Notes under the pieces: model-generated
Database searches by the model: none
Told to the model about the DNA's origin: nothing
What the model saw: the letters and a program-made list of their open reading frames with translations, nothing else
Translations under genes and position numbers: made by a program
In this document: one piece after another, positions 7,962 through 21,757 of the stretch
Numbering within the stretch: the first letter of the stretch is position 1
How the letters are laid out: every line of letters begins with the position of its first letter
Assembly (NCBI RefSeq): GCF_001457615.1
Contig: NZ_LN831024.1
Location: forward strand, 5,430,001 to 5,462,000
DNA length: 32,000 bases
Direction: 5' to 3'
Source of the DNA: Pseudomonas aeruginosa
GTDB taxonomy: Bacteria; Pseudomonadota; Gammaproteobacteria; Pseudomonadales; Pseudomonadaceae

Positions 7962-8107
7962 CGGGCTGTCGCTCTTCTCGGATGGATGCTCCGAGGGTGC
8001 AAGAGCACCGCGCGGCGGGCCATACCCCATTTTGGGGTAAGCGCTGGGTGCGGCCGACGCGGCTTGCTATCCTGCGGCGACAACGACAAGAACGAGCCGT
8101 ACCGTCC

Positions 8108-8926
8108 ATGCAGGCCATCGCCCCGAACGCGCTCGACCGCTGGCACGAACACCTGGCGCTGGCGATCCGGCGCCTGCGCCAACCCGACTTCCTCGCCGCG
8201 CTGGTCGACGCCATCCACCAACTGGTGCCGATCGAGTCGAGCATGATCAGCCTGGAACGCAAGGGCCACGCGCCCACCCTGCTCTACGAGCGCGGCATCG
8301 CCGAGCGCTTCCGCGAGGCGATCATCCGCCGCTACTTCTCCCGCGGCTACCTGCTCGACCCTTTCTGCCTGGCGGTGGAGGAAGGCCTTCCGGAAGGCTT
8401 CTACACCCTCGGCGAGATCGCCCCCGACGACTTCTTCCAGAGCGCCTACTACCAGACCTACTACCTCGGCGCCGGAGCGGTGGAGGACGTCTACTACATC
8501 CTCGACCTCGGCCCTACCGAGAAGCTCTCGATCTGTCTCTACAACGGCCTTTCGGCGAGCCGCTACAGCGACGCCCAGGTCGCCGCCCTCGCCGGCCTGG
8601 CGCCGCCGGTGCTGGAGCTGGCCCGGCAGTTCTGCGCCGGGCGCGCCGACCTCTCGCCGAACCCGCAGGCCGACCTCGCCCCGCGCCTTCAGGAAGTGCT
8701 GCGCGGCTTCGGTCGCGACGTGCTCACCGACCGCGAACGCGAGGCCTGCCACCTGCTGCTCAGCGGCCACTCGGCGAAATCCAGCGCGCGGCTGATGGAC
8801 ATCTCCCCGGAGACCGTGCGCATGCACCGGAAGAATCTCTACACCAAGCTGGAAGTCGGCTCGCAGTCGGAACTGTTCGCGCTGTTCATCGAGTGCCTGA
8901 GCCAGGGGCAGCGCGTCGGCCCCTGA
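8108..8926 (+). CDS. LuxR-family transcriptional regulator (C-terminal GerE/LuxR HTH; N-terminal ligand-type domain of unknown specificity)
   Basis: 272 aa from MQAIAPNALDRW. The C-terminus is LTDREREACHLLLSGHSAKSSARLMDISPETVRMHRKNLYTKLEV. Codons upstream of 8108 in this frame have A/T-rich third positions, so that stretch is non-coding. Confidence 0.88.
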   Translation: MQAIAPNALDRWHEHLALAIRRLRQPDFLAALVDAIHQLVPIESSMISLERKGHAPTLLYERGIAERFREAIIRRYFSRGYLLDPFCLAVEEGLPEGFYTLGEIAPDDFFQSAYYQTYYLGAGAVEDVYYILDLGPTEKLSICLYNGLSASRYSDAQVAALAGLAPPVLELARQFCAGRADLSPNPQADLAPRLQEVLRGFGRDVLTDREREACHLLLSGHSAKSSARLMDISPETVRMHRKNLYTKLEVGSQSELFALFIECLSQGQRVGP

Positions 8927-8929
8927 GAC

Positions 8930-10851
<1,922 letters not shown>

Positions 10852-10855
<4 letters not shown>

Positions 10856-12258
10856 GACAGCTCGCTCCGCAGTCGCGGCAACTGGGCGAGGAACGCCGGC
10901 TCGTCGTCGAGCTGGCGCAGATCGAGCCAGAGGGCGTCGTCGTCGAGCCGACCGATCACCGGCAGCGGCAGCCCGCGCAGGGCTTCCTCGAGGTTGCGCA
11001 GGGCGCGTCCGCGCAGGCGCCTGGGCTGCCGCGGACGCAGGCACAGCGCGGCGCTGGCCAGCCGCGCCACCGGCTGCGCGCCGCTGCCGATCATGCCCAG
11101 GGCGTCGACCACAGCGACCTCCCAGCCCTCGCCGAGCGCCTCGCCCAGCGCCGGCGCCAGACGCTCGGCCTGGGCGCGGATCTCCGCCGCCGGGCGGCTG
11201 AGCAGGCGCAGGGTGGTCAGGCGTTCGGCGAGGCGGTCCGGATCGCGGTACAGGCCGAGCACCGCCTCGAGGGCGGCGAGGGTCAGCTTGTCGACGCGCA
11301 GGGCGCGCTTGAGCGGGTTCTTCTTGATCCGCCCGATCAGTTCTCGGTTGCCGAGGATCAGCCCGGCCTGGGGCCCGCCGAGCAATTTGTCGCCGCTGAA
11401 GGTAACGATGTCGGCGCCGTCGGCCAGGGCTTCCTGCACCGTCGGTTCCTTGGGCAAGCCCCAGCGGGTCAGGTCCACCAGGGTGCCGCTGCCGAGGTCT
11501 TCCAGCAGCGGCAGGCCGTGGCCATGGGCGATGGCCGCCAGTTGCGCGGTGGGCACGCTGGCGGTGAAGCCCTGGACGCTGTAGTTGCTGGTGTGCACGC
11601 GCATCAGCAGGCCGCTGCGCGGGCCGATGGCGGCTTCGTAGTCCCTGGCGTGGGTGCGGTTGGTGGTGCCCACCTCATGCAAGCGCACGCCGGCGCGGGC
11701 CATGATGTCGGGAATGCGGAAGGCGCCGCCGATCTCGATCAGCTCGCCGCGCGAGATGATCCCTTCCTTGCGCGCCCCCAGGCTGTTCAGCGCCAGCAGC
11801 ACCGCCGCCGCGTTGTTGTTGACCACGGTGACCGCCTCGGCGCCGGTGAGTTCGCGGATCAGCCCGGCGATCAGGTCGTCGCGGTCGCCGCGTTTGCCGC
11901 TGGCCAGGTCGAACTCCAGGTTCAGCGGGTAGCGCGCGGCCAGGGTGATCGCCTCGATGGCTTCGTCCGGCAACAGGGCGCGGCCGAGGTTGGTATGCAA
12001 CACCGTGCCGGTCAGGTTGAACACCCGCCGCACGCGGCTGGCATGCTGCGCGGCGAGGCGTTCGCCGGCGCGCCCGGCGAGCACCGCCTCGCTCAGTTCG
12101 ATCTCGGCGAGGGCACCGTGTCGGGCCGGCTCGCGCAGTTCGTCGAGCAGGTCGCGGAGGGTCGCCAGCAACGCCTCGCGGCCATAGCGCTGGTGCAGAG
12201 GAGCGGCCGCCGCGCTGCGCAGCAGGCGGTCGACCGAAGGCAAGCGAACGGAACTCAT
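10852..12258 (-). CDS. selA: L-seryl-tRNA(Sec) selenium transferase SelA
   Basis: 468 aa. The N-terminus [14 protein letters not shown].. is typical of SelA. The PLP-lysine context is [13 protein letters not shown]. It lies next to selB. Confidence 0.93.
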
Positions 12259-12336
12259 GGAGAAACCTTATCCACAGGGTAGGGTCACCGACACGCCCAT
12301 CATAGACGCGTCGGCGCATGCCCGCAGCGTCTTCGG

Positions 12337-13266
12337 CTATTCGCCGCCGGGGGCCAGCAACAGGTTCGGCGAACGCCGCAGGTAGCCGTCCTCGGCCAGG
12401 CGCATGTCCAGCGCCAGGCTGGCCAGGTCGTCGGCAAGGGCATCGGCGTGGCGGTCGAACTCCAGGTAGAACTGCTTCAGGTAGCCCTGGCAACTGGGGC
12501 AGGTCTCGGCGCGCAGCACGGCTTTTTCCGCCGGCTGCCCGTCATGCTCCAGGGACAGGTAGGCCAGGTGCTTGCTTTCCTCGCAGTGGCTGCACTTGAT
12601 TCGCACGTAGTGCCATTCGCAGGCGCACAGCGAGCAGCTCAGGTAGCGCAGGCCGGTTTCCTTGCCGCCCTGGCGGATCATCCCGGCCATCGGCGGCGAG
12701 CCGCAGGCGGGGCACAAGGTCCGGCTCTCGGTCTCGACCACCGCGCCCTCCTCCAGTCCCAGCAGCCAATGGCTCCAGGCTACTTGCAGGGCGGCGCCGA
12801 GGAACGGCACCAGGGCCGCCGGCAGGAGGTCGAACTGACCGCTGAGCAGGGCGATGGCCCAGGCCTTGCGCTGGCCTTCGTCGGCTTCGCGCAATTGTTC
12901 GAGTGCCGCGCCGACGGCGGCGTTGGCCGGCGCCGGGTAGCCCGCGAGCAGGGCATCCAGCCAGGGCAGCCAGGCGCCTTCGCGCACCAGCAGGTCGTAG
13001 GCCAGCGGCGGCATGCCGTGCTCGCGGCTCTTGCGCAGGCGCTCGGGGTCGAGCGGGGCCAGCGCCGGCGGGTTGTCCAGCAGCGCCTGCTGGAGCCGGC
13101 AGAGACCGGCGACCAGGCGCAGGTAGTCGCCCATCGGGTGCCCCTCGGCCAGTTGCAGCAGGCGCTCGCCGCGGCGGGCGAACAGGTCGCGCGACGGCTG
13201 GTGCAGGTGCGGGGGAATGTTGGCGGCGGCTTCGATCTGCCCCGGCTGAAGAATGGTGCGTGACAC
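12337..13266 (-). CDS. fdhE: Formate dehydrogenase accessory protein FdhE
   Basis: 309 aa with a GTG start, preceded by GAGGAG and a 5-nt spacer. The C-terminus has paired CxxC motifs (CPACGS.., CSLCACEWHYVRIKCSHC, CPSCQGYLK). It lies downstream of fdnGHI. Confidence 0.92.
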   Translation of the reverse strand: MSRTILQPGQIEAAANIPPHLHQPSRDLFARRGERLLQLAEGHPMGDYLRLVAGLCRLQQALLDNPPALAPLDPERLRKSREHGMPPLAYDLLVREGAWLPWLDALLAGYPAPANAAVGAALEQLREADEGQRKAWAIALLSGQFDLLPAALVPFLGAALQVAWSHWLLGLEEGAVVETESRTLCPACGSPPMAGMIRQGGKETGLRYLSCSLCACEWHYVRIKCSHCEESKHLAYLSLEHDGQPAEKAVLRAETCPSCQGYLKQFYLEFDRHADALADDLASLALDMRLAEDGYLRRSPNLLLAPGGE

Positions 13267-13347
13267 GGGAACTCCTCGGGTCTGCGCCGGCGGGCCGGTG
13301 GGCCGCGCCGCAACGATCGGGCGCCCGGTGGGGCGCGGAATGAATGC

Positions 13348-13368
13348 AAAGGCCCCATCGCTGGGGCC
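13348..13368 (-). terminator. Rho-independent terminator downstream of fdnI
   Basis: On the minus strand the sequence is GGCCCCA-GCGA-TGGGGCC followed by TTTGCATTCATT. It lies 31 nt after the fdnI stop. Confidence 0.6.
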
Positions 13369-13398
13369 TCCGGTCGGGCGATGGCGACACTATACGCG

Positions 13399-14025
13399 TC
13401 AGTGCTCCTCGCCCTTGCCGACTTCCTTCAGCCAGCCGTTATGGTGCTTGCGCGCCCAGGCGCGGCTGACCTTGCCGTAGAGCATCGCGCCCATCGAGCC
13501 CTTGACCCAGATGCCGGCGTAGATATGCACGATGATGCTGGCGATCAGGACGAAGGCGGCGAAGGCGTGCAGGAGCGCCGACAGGCGGATCGCCTCGATG
13601 CCGAACCAGGCGCTGAAGTACTGGCGCCAGATCACGATGCCGGTGACCAGCAGGGTCAGCATGCTCAGCAGCAGCACCCAGAACAACAGCTTCTGCCCGG
13701 CGTTGTAGCGGCCGACTTCCGGGAGGTTCTCCTCGCGGTTGCTGACCACGTCGCGCCACTGCTTGAGCCACTGGATATCGCTCTTCTGCACCCGGTTGTG
13801 GTGGGCGAAGCGCACCACCAGGCCGAGGAAGAAGACGAACATCGCCAGCCCCAGGAAGGGGTGCAGGATACGCGTCCAGGGACCGCCGCCGAACAGGTTG
13901 GTCAGCCAGAACAGCGCCGGGTGGAACAGCGCCAGCCCGGACAACCCGGCCATGAAGAACAGGATCGCCACGGCCCAGTGGTTGCTGCGCTCGTTGGCGT
14001 TGTAGCGCTGGATTTCATTTTTCAT
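13399..14025 (-). CDS. fdnI: Formate dehydrogenase-N gamma subunit (cytochrome b556)
   Basis: 208 aa from MKNEIQRYNANERSNHW, with SD GAGGAG upstream. It has four TM helices with conserved His residues. Confidence 0.92.
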   Translation of the reverse strand: MKNEIQRYNANERSNHWAVAILFFMAGLSGLALFHPALFWLTNLFGGGPWTRILHPFLGLAMFVFFLGLVVRFAHHNRVQKSDIQWLKQWRDVVSNREENLPEVGRYNAGQKLLFWVLLLSMLTLLVTGIVIWRQYFSAWFGIEAIRLSALLHAFAAFVLIASIIVHIYAGIWVKGSMGAMLYGKVSRAWARKHHNGWLKEVGKGEEH

Positions 14026-14096
14026 TTCCGACTCCTCGAGAGCGCCGCCGCTGCCGCCGGGTCGCGGAGGACCGGCGGCAACGCCCGCGCGCAGGC

Positions 14097-15026
14097 TCAA
14101 CGACGCTCGTGCGGGTCAAAGGTGTGTACCGACGGATCGACCTGGTGCACCGGTGCCTCGGCTTGCCCGTGGTCTTCCTCGTCGTCCGCGCGGTTGGGAC
14201 CGACGCGCACATAGTGGAAGAACCCGGCGAGCACCGTGGCGCCCATGGCCAGCAGCGCCAGCGGCTTGGTCACGCCCTTCCACAGGCTGACCAGCGGGCT
14301 GACGCTCGGCTGGTCGGCCAGGCCGGCATAGAGCGACGGCTTGTCGGCGTGGTGCAGCACGTACATCACGTGGGTGCCGCCCACCCCTTCGGGGTCGTAC
14401 AGGCCGGCGTTCTCGTAACCGCGGCTCTTCAGGTCGACGATGCGTTCGGCGGCGTGTTCCTTCATGTCCACCTTGCTGCCGAAGACGATGGCGCCGGTCG
14501 GGCAGGTCTTCACGCAGGCCGGCTCCATGCCCACCGAGACGCGGTCGGAACACAGGCTGCACTTGTAGGCCTTGTGGTCCTTCTGCGAGATCCGTGGGAT
14601 GTCGAACGGGCAACCGGTGATGCAGTAGCCGCAACCGATGCACTTGTCCTGGTTGAAGTCGACGATGCCGTTGGCGTACTTCACGATCGCCCCCGGGCTC
14701 GGGCAGGCCTTCAGGCAGCCCGGCTCGGCGCAGTGCATGCAACCATCCTTGCGGATCAGCCACTCGAGGTTACCGGCCTCGTTCTCGTGCTCGGTGAAAC
14801 GCATCACCGTCCACGAGTCGGCCGTCAGGTCCATGGGGTTGTCGTAGGTGCCGTGGTTGTGGCCGACCTCGTCGCGCAGCTCGTTCCATTCCGAGCAGGC
14901 GACCTGGCAGGCCTTGCAACCGATGCACTTGGACACGTCGATCAGTTTCGCCACTTCCTCCTGGTTCCGCACCGAGGGCATCGGCGTGGTGGTCGCGGAG
15001 CGGGCGTGGATGTCCTGACTACTCAT
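14097..15026 (-). CDS. fdnH: Formate dehydrogenase-N beta (4x[4Fe-4S]) subunit
   Basis: 309 aa with several CxxCxxCxxxC ferredoxin motifs ([35 protein letters not shown]..) and a C-terminal TM anchor. SD is GAGGTGA. Confidence 0.93.
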   Translation of the reverse strand: MSSQDIHARSATTTPMPSVRNQEEVAKLIDVSKCIGCKACQVACSEWNELRDEVGHNHGTYDNPMDLTADSWTVMRFTEHENEAGNLEWLIRKDGCMHCAEPGCLKACPSPGAIVKYANGIVDFNQDKCIGCGYCITGCPFDIPRISQKDHKAYKCSLCSDRVSVGMEPACVKTCPTGAIVFGSKVDMKEHAAERIVDLKSRGYENAGLYDPEGVGGTHVMYVLHHADKPSLYAGLADQPSVSPLVSLWKGVTKPLALLAMGATVLAGFFHYVRVGPNRADDEEDHGQAEAPVHQVDPSVHTFDPHERR

Positions 15027-15034
15027 GTTTCACC

Positions 15035-18000
15035 TCACGCCTTTTCCACGTTGACCAGGAACGACTTGAACTCCGGCGTCTGGGTATTCCCGTCGCCCAC
15101 GAAGGGGGTCAGGGTGTTGGCCAGGAAGCCGTTGCGCGCCATGCCGGCGAAGCCCCAGTGGATCGGGATGCCGACGTGGTGCACGGTCTTGCCGTCCACC
15201 TGCAGCGGGCGGATGCGCTTGGTCACCACCGCCACCGCCTTGATGTAGCCGCGGTTGGAGGAGACCTTGACCTTGTCGCCGGCATTGATGCCCAGCTCCT
15301 TGGCCAGCGCCTCGCCGATCTCGACGAACTGCTCGGGCTGGGTGATCGCATTCAGCCGGCAGTGCTTGGTCCAGTAGTGGAAGTGCTCGGTGAGCCGGTA
15401 GGTGGTCGCTGCGTAGGGGAACTCGTCGGCCGTGCCGAACAGTTCCATGTCGTTCTTGAACACCCGTGCCGCCGGGTTGCTGATCGCCTTGCGGTTGTCG
15501 CGGTGCAAGGGGTTCACCCCGATCGGCGTCTCGAACGGCTCGTAGTGCTCGGGGAACGGGCCTTCGGCCATCTTGTCGACGGCGAACAGGCGGGCCACCC
15601 CTTCGGGGTTCATGATGAACGGGTTCATCCCGGCTTCCGGCGGTACGTCGGCCTTGTAGTCGGGCACGTCGGTGCCGCCCCAGGACTTGCCGTTCCACCA
15701 CACCAGGCGCTTCTTCTCCGGGTCCCACGGCTTGCCGCTGACGTCGGCCGAGGCGCGGTTGTAGAGAATCCGCCGGTTCGCCGGCCAGGCCCAGGCCCAG
15801 CCGAGGGTCTGGCCCATGCCGTAGGGGTCGCTGTTGTCGCGGCGGCCCATCTGGTTGCCCTGCTGGGTCCAGGAGCCGGCGAAGATCCAGCAGCCGCTCG
15901 CCGTGCTGCCGTCGTCGCGCAGCAGGGCGAAGCCCGGCAACTGCTCGCCGGCCTTGGCCAGGATCATGCCGTTGGCCGGGTCGACCAGGTCGCTCAGGGC
16001 CTTGCCGTTGAACTCCCGGGCCAGTTCGTCCGGGCCCGGTTCGTCGGGCTTGAGGTAGGACCAGTCGAGGCCGAGGATCGGGTCGGGGAAGGCCCCGCCG
16101 TCCTTGCGGTACATCTCGCGCAGGCGGTGGAACAGCCCGGCCATGATGGCGATGTCCGGACGCGCCTGGCCCGGCGGCTCGGCGCCCTTCCAGTGCCACT
16201 GCAACCAGCGGCCGCTGTTGACGATCGAGCCGTCTTCCTCGGCGAAGCAGGAGGTGGGCAGGCGGAACACCGTGGTCTTGATGCTGGCGGTGTCGACGTC
16301 GTTGTACTCGCCGACGTTGCGCCAGAACTCCGAGGTCTCGGTCACCAGCGGGTCCATCACCACCATCCACTTCAGGCGCGCCAGCGCGGCGCCGACCTTG
16401 GCCTTGTTGGGGAACGAGGCGATGGGGTTGAAGCCCTGGCAGAAGTAACCGTTGACCTTGCCCTGGTACATCATGTCGAAGTAGCGCAGCACGTCGTAGC
16501 CGGCGCCCGGCATGTCGAGCTTGGGCAGCCAGTCGTAGCACCAGTTGTTTTCCTTGGTCGCCGACTTGCCGAACCAGGCCTTCATCAGGCTGACGTGGAA
16601 CTTGCCGTAGTTCTGCCAGTAGGACAGCTGTCCCGGGCGCAGCGGCTTGGCCGTGCGCTTGGCGATGTAGGCGTCGTAGTCCTGCTCGGCGTCCATCGCC
16701 AGGGTCAGGTAGCCCGGCAGCGAGTTGGACAGCAGGCCGAGGTCGGTCAGGCCCTGGATGTTGGAGTGGCCGCGCAGGGCGTTCATGCCGCCGCCGGGCA
16801 TGCCGATGTTGCCCAGCAGCAGCTGGACCATCGCGCCTGTGCGGATCATCTGCGCGCCTACCGAGTGCTGGGTCCAGCCCAGGGCGTACATGATGGTCAT
16901 GACCTTGCCCGGCTTGGAGGTCTCGGCGATTTCCGCCCAGACCTTGAGCATCATGTCCTTCGGCGTACCGCAGATGTTGCTCACCACGTCCGGGGTGTAG
17001 CGGCTGTAGTGCTGCTTGAGCAGGTTGAACACGCAGCGCGGGTGGGTCAGGGTCGGGTCGACCTTGGCATAGCCATCCTCACCGATCTCGTAGCCCCAGG
17101 AGGACTTGTCCGGGTAGGTCCGCTTCTCGGCGTCGTAGCCGTTGAACAGGCCGTCCTCGAAGCTGAAGCCTTCCTTCACGATGAACGAGACATCGGTGTA
17201 GTTGCGCACGTATTCGTGCTGGATCTTGTCGTTTTCCAGCAGGTAGTTGATCAGGCCGCCGAGGAAGGCGATGTCGGTGCCGGTCCGGATCGGCGCGTAG
17301 TAGTCGGCGACCGAGGCGGAACGGGTGAAACGCGGATCGACCACCAGCAGCCGCGCCTTGTTGTGCGCCTTGGCTTCGGTGACCCATTTGAATCCGCACG
17401 GGTGGGCTTCGGCGGCGTTGCCGCCCATGATCAGCACCAGATCGGCATTCTTGATGTCGGTCCAGTGGTTGGTCATGGCTCCACGGCCAAACGTCGGGGC
17501 AAGACTTGCCACCGTCGGGCCGTGTCAGACACGCGCCTGGTTGTCGAATCCCAGGATGCCGAGGGAGCGCATCACCTTGTGGGTGATGTAGCCGGCCTCG
17601 TTGGACGAGGCGGACGCGGCGAGGAAGCCGGTGGTCAACCAGCGGTTGACGGTCTGGCCCTGCTCGTTCTTCTCGACGAAGTTGGCGTCGCGGTCTTCCT
17701 TCATCAGCTTGGCGATGCGCTCGAGGGCTTCGTCCCACTCGATGCGCTTCCACTCGCTGGAGCCGGCCTCGCGCACTTCCGGATACTTCAGGCGGTTCGG
17801 GCTGTGGATGTAGTCCAGCAGGCCGGCGCCTTTCGGGCAGAGGGTGCCGCGGTTGACCGGATGGTCGGCGTCGCCCTCGATATGGATGATGTTCTGCGCG
17901 ACGTTCTTGGCGCCGTCGCCCTGGCTGTACATGATCAGGCCGCAACCGACCGAACAGTAGGTACAGGTGTTGCGGGTCTCGACCGTGTGCGCCAGCTTGA

Positions 18001-18115
18001 AGTGGCGGACCTGGTCGGCGAAGGCCTCCGTGGGGGCCATCCCGAGCGCCGCAAGGCTCGATCCTCCAAGGCCTATACCGCAGACCTTGAAGAATTGCCG
18101 ACGGTTCATATCCAT
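15035..18115 (-). CDS. fdnG: Formate dehydrogenase-N alpha subunit, a selenoprotein. The in-frame UGA at 17525-17527 is read as selenocysteine.
   Basis: Track ORFs 17525..18115 and 15035..17512 are one frame joined by ..GFDNQARV-U-HGPTVASLAPTFGRGAMTNHW, the conserved FdnG active-site context. The Tat signal is MDMNRRQFFK. SD is CAGGAGA. Total length is 1026 residues including Sec. Confidence 0.93.
17483..17524 (-). promoter_or_regulatory. SECIS element directing Sec insertion at the fdnG UGA
   Basis: The mRNA reads UGA CAC GGC CCG ACG GUG GCA AGU CUU GCC CCG ACG UUU GGC C. It folds as CGG-(bulged U)-GGCA(A)-GUC-(U)UGCC-CCG. This is close to the E. coli fdhF SECIS as I recall it (UGA CAC GGC CCA UCG GUU GCA GGU CUG CAC C..). 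Confidence 0.8.
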
Positions 18116-18256
18116 CGTGCATCTCCTGCATCAGGCAAAGGACACCCGGGACATGGCCGGATGTCTCTGGTTAAAAGATAGCCAGCCTGGCGAGGTACGC
18201 CAGCCGGGCATGGCTACGGGGCAGCGAACCCTACACGAACGCTGGGTTTTTCTGCC

Positions 18257-18270
18257 TTGACCGGAGTCAT
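18257..18270. promoter_or_regulatory. Weak ANR/FNR-like box (TTGAC-CGGA-GTCAT) about 145 bp upstream of the fdnG start
   Basis: It matches 7 of 10 positions of TTGAT-N4-ATCAA and contains a perfect TGAC-N4-GTCA palindrome. The assignment rests only on position and on the expected anaerobic regulation. Confidence 0.25.
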
Positions 18271-18384
18271 TACACGGCGGCGCAAACCTTGTCCAGCAAG
18301 GTGCGCGGAATCGGGACAGGTCCGAACGCCGCGAGGCGCGCGAACAGGAGGTGATATCCAGGTGCCATTAGACCAAAGACTAAT

Positions 18385-18415
18385 GCCGGGTCGCCTAGGG
18401 CTGCGGCGACCCGGC
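18385..18415 (-). terminator. Terminator hairpin downstream of lipC
   Basis: A perfect 11-bp inverted repeat (GCCGGGTCGCC-N9-GGCGACCCGGC) starts 8 nt after the lipC stop. On the minus strand it is followed by AUUAGUCUUUGG. Confidence 0.55.
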
Positions 18416-18422
18416 GAGCGGA

Positions 18423-19352
18423 TCAGAGTCCGACGTTCCTGAGGCGATTGGCATGCTGCCGATAGACCTGGGTCGGGTCGCTCTCGAACAGGCTGACCAG
18501 GCCGAGCAACTGGTTGACTTCGTCCAGATGGTCCATCCGGTAGTTGTCCTTCACCACGCTGCCCAGGTGGCTGGAGCATTGGCCGACCAGACCGTCGTTG
18601 GCCTCGCCGAACAGCAGCCCGGTCACCGCCAGGCCGGCGGAGCTCGGGTCGAGCGCATTGGTCAGGGAGCCGGTGCCGCTCATCGAGTAGTAGCGCACCC
18701 CGGCTACCGTCTCCGCGCCCTGGCCACAGGCGCTGGCCGGGATCGCCTGCGGGAAGCGCTGGTTGAACCGCGCGGTGCCGGGAGTGTTGAGACTGTTCAG
18801 GGCAGCCAGCGCGTCGCCCTTGACCCACTCGCCGCCGTCGACGATGTCGACCACCGAGAACAGCGCCTCCACCGCCGAGGCGATCACCTCGGTGCCGATC
18901 GGCCCGAGGAACTCGCTGAAGCCGGTCACCGCGTCGGCTACCGGCGTGCCCTTGTGCGGCGTGCCCATGGTGGTGACCGAGGCCACCAGTTGCGGCGCCA
19001 CCCCGGCGACGTAGCGCACGGTCATGCCGCCCTGGCTGTGGCCGATCAGGTTGACTTTCTCCGCGCCGGTCAGGGCCAGGACTTCCTCCACCTGCGCCAG
19101 TAGCTGTTCGCCGCGCACCTCGTTGCTGTTCACCGGCGACTGCGAGGTGGCGAAGACCTTCGCGCCGTCCTTCTCCAGGGCCGGCACGATAGCGTGCCAG
19201 TAGTCCACCGGGCCGACGCTCTTGAAGCCGAACAGACCGTGGGACAGCACGATGGGATAGCGCGTGCGGGTGTAGTCGGTCGCAGCGTGCACGGGAAGGC
19301 TGGCGGCCAGCGCTACCAGCGCCGCCGCGAGGAACGTCTTGTTCTTGTTCAT
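18423..19352 (-). CDS. lipC: Secreted family I.1/I.2 triacylglycerol lipase (LipC-like)
   Basis: 309 aa from MNKNKTFLAAALVALAASLPVHA, which is a signal peptide. The N-terminus is lipase-like (YPIVLSHGLFGF) and the nucleophile elbow is GHSQGG. SD is ACGGAG. Confidence 0.88.
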   Translation of the reverse strand: MNKNKTFLAAALVALAASLPVHAATDYTRTRYPIVLSHGLFGFKSVGPVDYWHAIVPALEKDGAKVFATSQSPVNSNEVRGEQLLAQVEEVLALTGAEKVNLIGHSQGGMTVRYVAGVAPQLVASVTTMGTPHKGTPVADAVTGFSEFLGPIGTEVIASAVEALFSVVDIVDGGEWVKGDALAALNSLNTPGTARFNQRFPQAIPASACGQGAETVAGVRYYSMSGTGSLTNALDPSSAGLAVTGLLFGEANDGLVGQCSSHLGSVVKDNYRMDHLDEVNQLLGLVSLFESDPTQVYRQHANRLRNVGL

Positions 19353-19684
19353 CGTCGAGACTCCGTTCGGATTGGACAGGCAGTTGGCAAGGCACGTGCT
19401 GAGCGGGCCGGAACCCCAGCCTGACAGCGCCGCCAAAGGCGTCGAGCCGTGCTTAAGTTGGGCTTCCGGCGCACGCCATTACCCCGGGTAACAGCGCCGC
19501 CGTTCCCATTCCGCCCGCCGCGCCGCAAGTGCTGTCGGAGAGCTTTCGATGCCTGTCACCCGAGGCCACAGCGGTGCAGCGCAGCGAGCACCTATCCGAT
19601 CAGCCAGTCCGCCGGCTTGACCGAAATGCCTGGCGGTTCCGGCAAGCGGGCCGCATTCGGCGGCGGCGCAACTTCCTATGGTGA

Positions 19685-21757
<2,073 letters not shown>

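Noticed and set aside
5062-8277. A 1071-aa minus-strand ORF. Similar very long ORFs are at 6291..8246 (+), 9512..11584 (+), 15158..18181 (+) and 19676..22927 (-).
   Set aside because: They lie antisense or out of frame to well-supported genes (permease, aminotransferase, selB, fdnG, fadH). They are Arg/Pro/Ala/Gly-rich low-complexity translations. Stop-free alternative frames of this kind are expected in about 66% GC DNA with G/C-rich third positions.
10856-11044. A 63-aa Arg/Pro/Ala-rich N-terminal extension of selB in the track. Similar extensions occur for GT39 (to 26034), GT2 (to 27122), lipC (to 19436), fdnI (to 14100), the methyltransferase (to 5122) and the LuxR-type gene (from 7952).
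   Set aside because: The extensions overlap upstream genes or promoter regions, lack an SD and have poor codon usage. Internal starts with an SD or 4-nt coupling overlaps give products that begin at the conserved family N-termini.
14026-14096. CCGCCGG-N11-CCGGCGG hairpin between fdnH and fdnI, considered as a terminator.
   Set aside because: It is intercistronic within an obligate three-subunit operon and has no U-tract. It is more likely incidental GC-rich secondary structure.
15035-18115. fdnG appears as two ORFs (196 aa and 825 aa), which could be read as a nonsense-disrupted pseudogene.
   Set aside because: The interrupting codon is a UGA at the conserved Sec position, followed by a SECIS hairpin, and selA, selB and selC are all present nearby. 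It is recoding, not decay.
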